Source of the DNA: an uncultured bacterium
GTDB lineage: Bacteria; AUK180
Assembly (NCBI GenBank): GCA_937863565.1
Contig: CALMGJ010000010.1
Coordinates: 75,413 to 139,412 of the forward strand
Direction of reading: 5' to 3'
DNA length: 64,000 nt
Shown: one piece after another, positions 28,421-36,815 of the stretch
Layout of the letters: the number at the start of each line of letters is the position of its first letter
Numbering within the stretch: the first letter of the stretch is position 1
Notes under the pieces: model-generated
The model's database searches: none
What the model was told of the DNA's origin: nothing
The model's input: the letters and a program-made list of their open reading frames with translations, nothing else
Program-made: the position numbers and the translations under genes

Positions 28421-30340
28421 TCATAGTTCCGGGAACATCCTGTAAAGGAACGTTGAGATCGCAGGCACATATGTGATGAGAAGCACTGATACAAGAAGGA
28501 TGATGAGAAAACTCACCACATATGAATATATCCGGTTAAGCGGTTTCTTGAACGTATATGAAGCAAGGAAAAGGTTCAAACCGACCGGAGGCGTAAGATA
28601 ACCGAGTTCGAGATTGCATAAAAAGATGATGCCCAGGTGAACGGGATCGATCCCGTAGCTCATACCTAAAGGTATGATGAGCGGCGCTACTACAACTATC
28701 GCGGAGAAAATATCCATAAGGCATCCCGTTATTAAAAGAGCGAAATTGAGAAGGAGAAGGAATACATATTTCGACTTTATCGTCGCGACGAGATTCGCTG
28801 CGAGCTTCTCCGGGATCTGCGCGTCGACGATATAGTATGAAAGGCCTTTGGCGATCCCGAGTATGATCAGGATGCCGCCCAGCATCACCAGGGATTTTTT
28901 CACGATCTCTTTCATATCTTTTAGTTTGAGGTCTTTATATACCAGGCACTCGATGATGATCGCGTAAAGAAGGGCGAGGGCGCCGGATTCCACAATCGTA
29001 GTGAGCCCGGCGAAAAAACTAACGATGACCACTACGGGGAGCAGAAGCTCCCAGAACGCACCTTTTACCGAATCGAAGAACTCCTTTGCCGGTATCTTCT
29101 CCTTGGATACGGGTATATTCTTAGAATTTGCAATACCGAGAATGATGATGCACAGCATCATGAGGAAACCGGGAACGATGCCGGCCACGAACATCTTCTT
29201 TATGCTGATCCTGGCCACGACGCCGTACATGATGATCGCGATGCTCGGAGGGAAAAGGAGCCCTATGCTGCCCGAGGCCGTAAGGATTCCGTACGAAAAT
29301 TTCTCGCTGTAACCCCTTTTTATGAGCATGAACGACAGCAGTCCGCCCAAGGCGAGTATTGTGACCCCCGAAGCGCCTGTAAAGGTCGTGAAGAAAGCGC
29401 ACATGATAACGCTCACGAGAATAAGCCCTCCCTTCACACGGCCCATGAGCAGATTGAAGAACCTGAGCAGGCGCTCTCCGGCCTTGCTCTCCGCAAGAAT
29501 GACGCCCGTTATCGTGAAAAGCGGGATGGCGGGTATCGAAGATCCCGTTATCATAACATAATTTTCATTGGCAAGCACGTCCAGAACTCCATGTGCGCGC
29601 GTGAAAAGAAAAAGGCTTATCCCTCCGAGGACCACGAAAATATAATTGCCCAGAAAGAGCGATGCGGCAAGAACGATGATGAAAATAAGGGCCAGCGGTC
29701 CTGAAGCAAAACCGAAAAGCCAGGACAATTTCGTTTTTATCGCATCAGCCGCAGGATAGATCTCGACGCCCGGAAGAAGGGCGCAGAGGGAGGAAACAAT
29801 GCTGTCGAAAGCGTAAAGAACCGCTATGAAGATAAGAAAAGGGATCAAGAATGCCGCCGTTTTCTTGAATTCCCTGAGTTCGCTCAGGAACATGAGAAAA
29901 AAACCGACAGGCATTATAAGGCCGATGAGTTTAAGAGGGATGACGCCTGCCTTGTCCGTTGCCGAAAAAGCATTAAGAACGAAGGATAAAGCCGCCGCCG
30001 TGAAGATAAAAAGGACTATTGTCTTTAGCGACCCGTCAAGGATCACGAAAAACTTCTTGAGCCGCTCGCTTTTGAAACTCTCCAGAATGGCCCCGAGGGA
30101 CAAATGCCTTTTTTCGAGATAAGCGGCTACCGCTCCGACAAAGGAAAGGATGAGTACGATATGCTGAACATATTCACTTGATCCCCGCACGCCCGTTACG
30201 AAGACTTTGCGTAAAAATATCTCGAGGATCGGAAGCAGGGCGAGAAAGAAAACGATAATGAATGCAAAATATTCCCAGATGAAAATCCCGCTCTTCTTCA
30301 GGAAAAGGACGATGGCGCTATTTTTTATTCCTGCTTTCAT
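28421..30340 (-). CDS. TRAP transporter fused small/large permease (DctQM)
   Basis: AIPLF, FTGASGVTILALGG, GSIGLLFPPS, DPVHLGIIF, TPPVGLNL; N-terminal DctQ-like part. Confidence 0.92.
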   Translation of the reverse strand: MKAGIKNSAIVLFLKKSGIFIWEYFAFIIVFFLALLPILEIFLRKVFVTGVRGSSEYVQHIVLILSFVGAVAAYLEKRHLSLGAILESFKSERLKKFFVILDGSLKTIVLFIFTAAALSFVLNAFSATDKAGVIPLKLIGLIMPVGFFLMFLSELREFKKTAAFLIPFLIFIAVLYAFDSIVSSLCALLPGVEIYPAADAIKTKLSWLFGFASGPLALIFIIVLAASLFLGNYIFVVLGGISLFLFTRAHGVLDVLANENYVMITGSSIPAIPLFTITGVILAESKAGERLLRFFNLLMGRVKGGLILVSVIMCAFFTTFTGASGVTILALGGLLSFMLIKRGYSEKFSYGILTASGSIGLLFPPSIAIIMYGVVARISIKKMFVAGIVPGFLMMLCIIILGIANSKNIPVSKEKIPAKEFFDSVKGAFWELLLPVVVIVSFFAGLTTIVESGALALLYAIIIECLVYKDLKLKDMKEIVKKSLVMLGGILIILGIAKGLSYYIVDAQIPEKLAANLVATIKSKYVFLLLLNFALLITGCLMDIFSAIVVVAPLIIPLGMSYGIDPVHLGIIFLCNLELGYLTPPVGLNLFLASYTFKKPLNRIYSYVVSFLIILLVSVLLITYVPAISTFLYRMFPEL

Positions 30341-31307
30341 TGAGGTATTTATCCACAAGATCGAGAGCTTCCTTTTCGAAATTTACGCCGACGAGCTTGG
30401 AAAAACCGATATTGACCTGCCGGTTCCAATCCGTAACGGCCGCAGGAGGGACTTCGTTGATCTTGAGCCCGTACTGAAGCATTGTCTTCACGGCCTCGTC
30501 ATCAGTTTTATATATCTCATCCTGCATCCTCTGCCCGATGGACGTTGCGGCCTCCATCATTTTATCTTTGTATTTCTGAGGGATCCTGTCCCACGCCCTT
30601 TTAGAGAAAATTACAGCCCCGATGAAGGGCGCCCATCTCATTGCGCACATATTGTTCGCCAGGCCGAACCACTGATATGAAGCGGCATTGAGGGGAGAAG
30701 TGGCCAGCGCTTCCGTCATTCCGCTTTGGAGCGATGTCATGATCTCTGTGGACGGCAGGGGAATCGGATTGAAACCCTGCTCCTTCCATGATTGAAGTTC
30801 ATTGGCATCACCCTCCCATACCCAAAGTTTCAGTTTTTTAAGATCGTCGGGATAGACAACAGGTTTTTTACTGAAGAAATGGACCCATCCGATATGCGTC
30901 CAGACAATGATCTTGAAACCTTCTTTTTCGAATTTTTTCTCGAAGTATTCCTTCATTTTCCCAAGTACATGGAAAAGTTCTTCATTGGTCTCGATCTTCC
31001 GGGGCATTTGAATCGCCATGATTTCTTTAACGATCCTGCTCAAGCCCACGCCGGTAAGGCCGGCCGCGTCGAGCTGGCCCACGCGCAGCTTCCGTATCAT
31101 ATCTATCTCGTCCCCGACAGTTCCTCCGGAATAGATCTTCATATTGAAATTCCCTTCCGTTATCTTCAGCCATTCCTCGGAGATCTCCCTGAGATGTTTG
31201 TCCCATGGCGATCCGGCAGGGGAGAGACTGCCGAGCTTCAGGACGGTCTCGGACGATGCTGTCATCAGAAAAGCTATGAAAACGGTAAGTACAAGACATT
31301 TTCTCAT
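30318..31307 (-). CDS. dctP: TRAP substrate-binding protein DctP (TatP type)
   Basis: LKLGSLSPAGSPW, GDEIDMIRKLRVGQLDAA, PDDLKKLKLW; SD GAGGTG before ATG 31307. Confidence 0.9.
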   Translation of the reverse strand: MRKCLVLTVFIAFLMTASSETVLKLGSLSPAGSPWDKHLREISEEWLKITEGNFNMKIYSGGTVGDEIDMIRKLRVGQLDAAGLTGVGLSRIVKEIMAIQMPRKIETNEELFHVLGKMKEYFEKKFEKEGFKIIVWTHIGWVHFFSKKPVVYPDDLKKLKLWVWEGDANELQSWKEQGFNPIPLPSTEIMTSLQSGMTEALATSPLNAASYQWFGLANNMCAMRWAPFIGAVIFSKRAWDRIPQKYKDKMMEAATSIGQRMQDEIYKTDDEAVKTMLQYGLKINEVPPAAVTDWNRQVNIGFSKLVGVNFEKEALDLVDKYLNESRNKK

Positions 31308-31315
31308 ATCACACC

Positions 31316-32230
31316 TCAATCTATAAGGAAATAGTCGTCCATATGCGCAAGAAAATATGCGGCCCTTCTTTTGGCCAGAATGTTCTCAAGCCTTTCGGGA
31401 GAAGGCATTTCCGTATCTATGGCAAGCGTTCTACCAAGAAGGTCCCTGAATTCGGCCGCGTTCTGTTCGTTCACCGAAACGCTCAAAGCAAGGGCAAGAT
31501 AGATCGAACCCTTTTTCCCGCGGGAGAGTTCCACGGCCCTTTTAAAATGCTCTCTTGCCTTTTCGGGGCTGCCTCCCATGGCCGGAGGTATGCTGCCATA
31601 ATAAGTTACAAAGAACTCATGAATGCCGCCGTTATTGAAAGTCTCGTCCAATTCCAAGCACCGCTTCAGGATCTGAACGGCATAACCGGATGAAATGGAG
31701 AGTTCCATGTCGAATTTATCGCAATTGAAAGCCCCCATCCACGAGAGCGCCAGCCAGTAAAGTTTTTCAATATCCTTAACACCGAAAGCAGAAAGTGTAG
31801 AGCCGGGGTTATCCTTCAAACTGTCCAAAAAATTCTTATTTTTTAACGGAATCGACCTTAAAAGATAATCCTTCGCCCTCAGATAGAGCTTTTTTGCTCT
31901 ATTTACCGCAGTTTCCTTCTCCTGGAATCTCATACCCTCAGCCAATTCTGAAGGCGTGTAAACAAATGCGAACGAATACATGGCATACGCTTTTCCGGCC
32001 GCCAGCAGGAGATCCTGATCATCAGGCAATTCCGCTATCAACGCATCATAGGTCTTGAGGAAAACGGGCAAACTTTCACCTACAAGTTCGAGATCGTTCT
32101 CAGCGGCAAAAAGGTCGCCGGAACTTCCGGACAGTGCCTTTGAGACGTTCTTTAAAGCGAATTTCTTGACCGAACAGGATGAAAGGGCTAAAAAGGTTAT
32201 TGCTATAAGAATAATTGACCGTGTTCTCAT
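31316..32230 (-). CDS. TRAP transporter TatT component (TPR-like lipoprotein)
   Basis: Lipobox LSSC, D.ELV..SLP..LK, RAKKLYLRA, PPAMGGSPEKAREHF.RA; upstream of DctP; SD GAGGT before ATG 32230. Confidence 0.85.
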   Translation of the reverse strand: MRTRSIILIAITFLALSSCSVKKFALKNVSKALSGSSGDLFAAENDLELVGESLPVFLKTYDALIAELPDDQDLLLAAGKAYAMYSFAFVYTPSELAEGMRFQEKETAVNRAKKLYLRAKDYLLRSIPLKNKNFLDSLKDNPGSTLSAFGVKDIEKLYWLALSWMGAFNCDKFDMELSISSGYAVQILKRCLELDETFNNGGIHEFFVTYYGSIPPAMGGSPEKAREHFKRAVELSRGKKGSIYLALALSVSVNEQNAAEFRDLLGRTLAIDTEMPSPERLENILAKRRAAYFLAHMDDYFLID

Positions 32231-32277
32231 GAGTACCTCTTTACAATTATTATACCATAAAAACGAAAAATTCCGCA

Positions 32278-32364
32278 TTATTTTATTGCGATTGCTCGAT
32301 AAAGCGCCCTTGCCGTAACAGAGAAGCGTTTTATGTCCATATGCGGATCTCGTATCTTTTTCAT
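32278..32364 (-). pseudogene. Short ORF / possible remnant of the N-terminus of an HD-domain phosphohydrolase
   Basis: AGGAGG-N9-ATG; encodes MKKIRDP, with (A)YGH continuing in an adjacent frame. Confidence 0.25.
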
Positions 32365-32497
32365 CTGTCAATTCCTCCTATCCTAAACTATCCATTGATC
32401 TGTGTGCATTTTTTTTACTCGTTAATCCTTCAATTGCGTAATAAAAAAGATATTTTTATTATTCATTCTTCGTATTTCAATGTTCATTTTATTTTGT

Positions 32498-32523
32498 TGT
32501 AACCTTTGCCGTCCAGAGTCGTT
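32498..32523 (+). promoter_or_regulatory. ECF sigma-type promoter
   Basis: TGTAAC-N16-CGTT, about 25 nt upstream of the start codon of the Spy/CpxP-like gene. Confidence 0.55.
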
Positions 32524-32547
32524 ATATTAGTAAAGCGGAGGTTGAAT

Positions 32548-33123
32548 ATGAAGACGAAGATCTTTCTACTGATTGCTTTACTTATGATGACGAGCATTAC
32601 GCTCACTGCTGCAAAGCATCCCTGCAAAGAGGGTATGCCCGATCCGGGACATCCCTGCAAAGAGAGTATGCCGGGCGAACCCGGCCCCTGCTGTCCCAAC
32701 GATGCTCCCGACGGACCCGGTCTTAATCCCGATTTCGGAGCAAGATTGAAAGAGCATCTTCAGCTTACCGATGAGCAGCTCAAGAAACTTGAAGCTGTAA
32801 GGCTTGAACTCCAGAAGGCGGCCGAAAGGATCAAGATCCGTATCGAGAAGAAAGAACTCGAGATCAAAGAAGTCATGATCGAAGATAAGATAGATTTCGA
32901 TAAGATCAAAAGTATCTTAAAGGAGATCAACGACCTGGAACTTGAACTGAAGCTCAACCGCTGGGACCATCTTCAGAAGGTTGAAAAGCTGATATCTAAA
33001 GAGCAGTTTGAGAAATTCAAGATGTTCTTTTTCAGAGCAGGCGGAAGGGATAAAATGCCGGGAAAAGATGGGAAAAAAGTAATTATTAAAAAGCAGATCA
33101 AGGACAAAAAAGTAAAAAAGTGA
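32548..33123 (+). CDS. Spy/CpxP/ZraP-like periplasmic protein with Cys/His/Met-rich N-terminal repeats
   Basis: Signal peptide; LQLTDEQ and LISKEQ (LTxxQ-like) motifs; helical; SD GGAGGT. Confidence 0.78.
   Translation: MKTKIFLLIALLMMTSITLTAAKHPCKEGMPDPGHPCKESMPGEPGPCCPNDAPDGPGLNPDFGARLKEHLQLTDEQLKKLEAVRLELQKAAERIKIRIEKKELEIKEVMIEDKIDFDKIKSILKEINDLELELKLNRWDHLQKVEKLISKEQFEKFKMFFFRAGGRDKMPGKDGKKVIIKKQIKDKKVKK
32617..32682 (+). repeat. 33-bp tandem duplication (HPCKEGMPDPG / HPCKESMPGEP)
   Basis: CATCCCTGCAAAGAGxGTATGCC repeated with a 33-nt period. Confidence 0.85.
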
Positions 33124-33134
33124 TCACGGGTAAT

Positions 33135-33168
33135 GGCGGGGCTTTAAAAGGCCCCGCCTTCATTTTTT
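33135..33168 (+). terminator. Intrinsic terminator between convergent genes
   Basis: GGCGGGGC-TTTAAAAG-GCCCCGCC followed by TTCATTTTTT. Confidence 0.75.
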
Positions 33169-33627
33169 CTAAAGGGCGTTCTTAGGCCCTTTCTCCTTTT
33201 CAGGTTTTTTCGGGTTTTCGCATTCGTTCTCTATTTTCTGTATTTTATCTTTCAACTCGATCTTAAGTTCGATGAAAGCATTCTTCACTTCTTCCAGGAA
33301 CTGCTGGAACTTCTCTTTCTTAACGGTTTTTATCTCCTGTATCCGCATTTCCGCTTTTTTATCGAACACGATCACAGGAAGCAGCGGAATATCCAATGTA
33401 AAAAGTCTCCCTCTAATGCGAATCTTCTTGCCTGACTTGAGCGTTCTCTGTGTTATCAGGATAAGTGTGTTGCCGGCATCATCCTGGACCTTTACGGCAT
33501 TGAATTCGCCTATAGCGGATATCTTCGTTATTCTGCCTTTGAAGGAGAGTTTCTCCCTTTCCTCCGCATAAAGGGAAGAAAGAATGAAAAGCATTAAACA
33601 AAAAAAGAAAGCATATCTGGTCTTCAT
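33169..33627 (-). CDS. Hypothetical exported protein (OB-fold-like N-terminal half, helical C-terminal half)
   Basis: Signal peptide; SD GGAGG. Confidence 0.7.
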   Translation of the reverse strand: MKTRYAFFFCLMLFILSSLYAEEREKLSFKGRITKISAIGEFNAVKVQDDAGNTLILITQRTLKSGKKIRIRGRLFTLDIPLLPVIVFDKKAEMRIQEIKTVKKEKFQQFLEEVKNAFIELKIELKDKIQKIENECENPKKPEKEKGPKNAL

Positions 33628-33684
33628 TATCCGCCTCCATGGAGAATTCTATTGAAAAAGAATAAAAAAATCAAGGGAAAAGTG

Positions 33685-33700
33685 CATTATTGCAATAATG
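33685..33700. promoter_or_regulatory. Perfect 16-bp palindrome, candidate transcription-factor site
   Basis: CATTATTGCAATAATG in a divergent intergenic region. Confidence 0.5.
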
Positions 33701-33746
33701 TTCAAAAACCTGTTGAAAAAAACATGATTATTTGCTATAAATGCTT

Positions 33747-34106
33747 ATGGTATACGAAAATTCCGATCTTAACAGAAATATCGAAGAACTTAATAAAAAA
33801 GTAGAGAAGATAGAGAAGTACTTGTGTAAACTGGCGGAGTTCCTCGAGAAACTCGATGCCGAAAAGATCGGCAAGAATGTCAAGTATAACCTGGCCATGT
33901 ACGAGTCCAAGATCAAGGATGAGGACAAAGCGGATAAGATCATTAAGACCTTCCTGCAGGGACGCTTCCAGACCTGCGAGATATGCGGAAGGTTCAAGTT
34001 CATAGAAAATCTGACAGACAATCACGCTATTTGCGAAAAGTGCCTTCAGAAATACATCGCCCACGGCACTACGATCGAACAGGCAAAAGCACTCGAAAAA
34101 AAATAA
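33747..34106 (+). CDS. Hypothetical protein with coiled coil and CxxC...CxxC zinc-finger-like motif
   Basis: CEICGR...CEKC; promoter TTGAAA-N17-TATAAA immediately upstream (ORF track starts at 33741). Confidence 0.7.
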   Translation: MVYENSDLNRNIEELNKKVEKIEKYLCKLAEFLEKLDAEKIGKNVKYNLAMYESKIKDEDKADKIIKTFLQGRFQTCEICGRFKFIENLTDNHAICEKCLQKYIAHGTTIEQAKALEKK

Positions 34107-34127
34107 CGGTTCTTTTTAGGAGGATTT

Positions 34128-35351
34128 ATGATCGACCTTTTGAAGAATTATTCCATTAATGCCAGAAGAATGAAAAAGTCCGCCATCAGGGAACTTCTGA
34201 AACTCACCAATCGTCCGGAGATAATCTCCTTTGCCGGCGGACTTCCTGCCCCTGAAGCCTTTCCTATAGATGAAATGATAGATCTTGTGGAGGGCGTATT
34301 AAAGAACTACGGCAAGAAAGCGCTTCAATATGGTCCCACTGAGGGCTATCCGAAGTTCGTCGAACAGCTCATCAAATGGGAGAAGGAACAGAACGGCATC
34401 GATATAAAACCGGAGAATCTCTTGATCACCACCGCCTCTCAGCAGGCTCTCGATCTCGTGGCGAAGATACTCATAGACCCGTCCGATCCCGTTATCGTAG
34501 AACGGCCTACGTACCTTGGCGGGCTTCAGGCATTTAATCAATACGGCGCTAAGTTCATCGGCGTACCCATGGACGATAATGAAACGGGCATCAATATGGG
34601 AAAACTCGAACAGACGCTTCAAAAGCTCAAAACGGACGATGAACATTATAAATTCGTGTACATCGTTCCCGATTTCCAGAACCCCACGGGTATAACGATA
34701 CCTCAGGAAAAGAGAAAAAGACTGATCGAGCTGTCCGAAGAATTCCAATTTCTTCTCATCGAGGATTCACCCTACAGGGAACTGCGATTCGAAGGCAAAG
34801 AACCTGAAATGATGTACAAGATGGACAATACGGGAAATGTGATCACGCTCCATACGCTGAGCAAGACCTTCGCTCCCGGTTTGAGGCTCGGTTGGATAGT
34901 AGCCCATGAAGATATCATAGATAAACTCAATACCGCAAAGCAGGCCACGGACCTGTGCACGCCTTCTTTCACGCAGGCGATAGCGGCGGAATTCATGGCA
35001 AGGGGACTTCTTTTGGAGAACATTAAAAAAGTAAAGGATCTTTATAAGAAGAAAAAAGACATCATGCTCGACTCGTTCAAAAAATACCTTCCGGAAAGGA
35101 AGGATATCACCTGGACAAGGCCTGAAGGCGGACTGTTCCTCTGGCTTACATTGCCCGGATATATGAACACATCCACTCTCTTCGAACAAGCCCTTGAAGA
35201 AAAAGTGGCCTATATCGTCGGAGAGGCCTTCGATTGTTACGGGGTGATGAAAAACGCCATGAGAATGAACTTCTCGTATCCTTCCGAAGAGGAGATAGTC
35301 GAGGGTGTGAAAAGGCTTGCTAATCTGATCAAGAAAAATATTAAAGACTGA
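34128..35351 (+). CDS. PLP-dependent class I/II aminotransferase (LysN/2-aminoadipate transaminase-like)
   Basis: ISFAGGLP, LQYGPTEG, PDFQNPTG, IEDSPY, TLSKTFAPGLRLGW, PEGGLFLW; SD AGGAGG. Confidence 0.92.
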   Translation: MIDLLKNYSINARRMKKSAIRELLKLTNRPEIISFAGGLPAPEAFPIDEMIDLVEGVLKNYGKKALQYGPTEGYPKFVEQLIKWEKEQNGIDIKPENLLITTASQQALDLVAKILIDPSDPVIVERPTYLGGLQAFNQYGAKFIGVPMDDNETGINMGKLEQTLQKLKTDDEHYKFVYIVPDFQNPTGITIPQEKRKRLIELSEEFQFLLIEDSPYRELRFEGKEPEMMYKMDNTGNVITLHTLSKTFAPGLRLGWIVAHEDIIDKLNTAKQATDLCTPSFTQAIAAEFMARGLLLENIKKVKDLYKKKKDIMLDSFKKYLPERKDITWTRPEGGLFLWLTLPGYMNTSTLFEQALEEKVAYIVGEAFDCYGVMKNAMRMNFSYPSEEEIVEGVKRLANLIKKNIKD

Positions 35352-35366
35352 GAAAAGGTACTGTTC

Positions 35367-36815
35367 ATGAAAGAATTCGGCTTATACGCGCTCGATATCC
35401 TGTCGTCTAAAAAAGTCACGTACGGCGATATTAGGATCATAAGCACGAAAGACCAGAACATCGTCATACGCAACGGCCAGGCGGAGTTCAACTCAAAAAG
35501 AAGTTCGCTCGGGTTCGGTATCCGCGTTTTCTACGACGGAGCCTGGGGGTTTGCGGCGAGTTACGATCTTTCGAAAAAGTCAATCGGCAGGATCGCTGAA
35601 AAAGCGATCGGGATAGCAAAGGAATCGTCCAGATATAAAAAAAGCAAAGTAGTGCTATCGCCCTACGATGCATGCGATACGGCCGATTTCGTTTCACCCT
35701 ATAAACTCAATCCTTTCGATATTTCCGAGGAGGAAAAGCTTGCGCTTCTCATCGGGGCATCCCTTTCCATGAAGACGGACCCTAAGATCCTTTACGGCAT
35801 ATCGAATGCCAGCTTCAGGGAAGAGGATAAGCTTTTCATGTCCACCCATGGTCAGGAAATACGGCAAAGATTCGTTCAGACGGGTGCGGGGATCACGGCG
35901 ATCGCTTTCCATGAAGGCGAGGTCGCCAAAAGATCCTATCCCGCCTCCTTCGGGGGGGATTTCCGCAATGCCGGTTGGGAATTCGTGAAAGAACTGGATC
36001 TTCAGGGCAAAGGGCCGGTTATTGCGGGAGAAGCCGTGGAACTGCTCACTGCTCCCGGGGTGCCCCATACAAACACCACGCTTGTTCTCGAAGGTTCGCA
36101 GCTGGCGCTTCAGATACACGAATCCTGCGGGCATCCCACTGAGCTCGACAGGGTGCTGGGTTTCGAGCGGACGCTGGCAGGCACGAGTTTTTTGACATTG
36201 GATAAACTCTACGATCTCAAATACGGTTCGGACATCGTAAATATCACTTCAGATGCTACGAATACGGCCGCTCTGGGGGGATTCGCCTATGATGACGAAG
36301 GCATTCCCGCTCAGTGCTCCTTCCTTGTCAAGGACGGGCTCTTCGTGGGATATCAGACCTCGAGGGAAACTGCTCCGGTGATCGGCCAATGCTCAAACGG
36401 TTGCATGCGTGCCGACGGATACCACAATATCCCTCTGATCAGGATGACGAGCATAAACCTGCTTCCGGGAGAACATTCATTCGAAAGCATCATCTCGGAA
36501 GTGGAGGACGGTTTCTATTTCGCATTGAACAAATCCTGGAGCATAGACGATAAACGCCTGAACTTCCAATTCGGCTGCGAGATAGCCTGGGAGATCAAAA
36601 AAGGCAAACTCGGGAAGATATTTAAGAATCCCTCTTATACGGGGATAACGCCAGAATTCTGGGGTTCCTGCGATGCGATCGGCTCGGCGGAACACTACCG
36701 GATCTGGGGAATACCCAACTGCGGCAAGGGAGAACCGTCGCAAACGGCGCGTGTTTCCCACGGCGCATCCTTCGCACGCTTCCGCAATGTAGAGGTAGGA
36801 GTTTCCCAATGGTGA
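35367..36815 (+). CDS. tldD: TldD metalloprotease subunit (copy 1)
   Basis: GFGIRV, HESCGHPTELDR (HExxxH), DDEG, RMT, CGKGEP Cys ligand. Confidence 0.92.
   Translation: MKEFGLYALDILSSKKVTYGDIRIISTKDQNIVIRNGQAEFNSKRSSLGFGIRVFYDGAWGFAASYDLSKKSIGRIAEKAIGIAKESSRYKKSKVVLSPYDACDTADFVSPYKLNPFDISEEEKLALLIGASLSMKTDPKILYGISNASFREEDKLFMSTHGQEIRQRFVQTGAGITAIAFHEGEVAKRSYPASFGGDFRNAGWEFVKELDLQGKGPVIAGEAVELLTAPGVPHTNTTLVLEGSQLALQIHESCGHPTELDRVLGFERTLAGTSFLTLDKLYDLKYGSDIVNITSDATNTAALGGFAYDDEGIPAQCSFLVKDGLFVGYQTSRETAPVIGQCSNGCMRADGYHNIPLIRMTSINLLPGEHSFESIISEVEDGFYFALNKSWSIDDKRLNFQFGCEIAWEIKKGKLGKIFKNPSYTGITPEFWGSCDAIGSAEHYRIWGIPNCGKGEPSQTARVSHGASFARFRNVEVGVSQW

Noticed and set aside
32231..32371. 47-aa N-terminal extension of TatT in the ORF track
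   Set aside because: Signal peptide, SD and a TATAAT all point to ATG 32230
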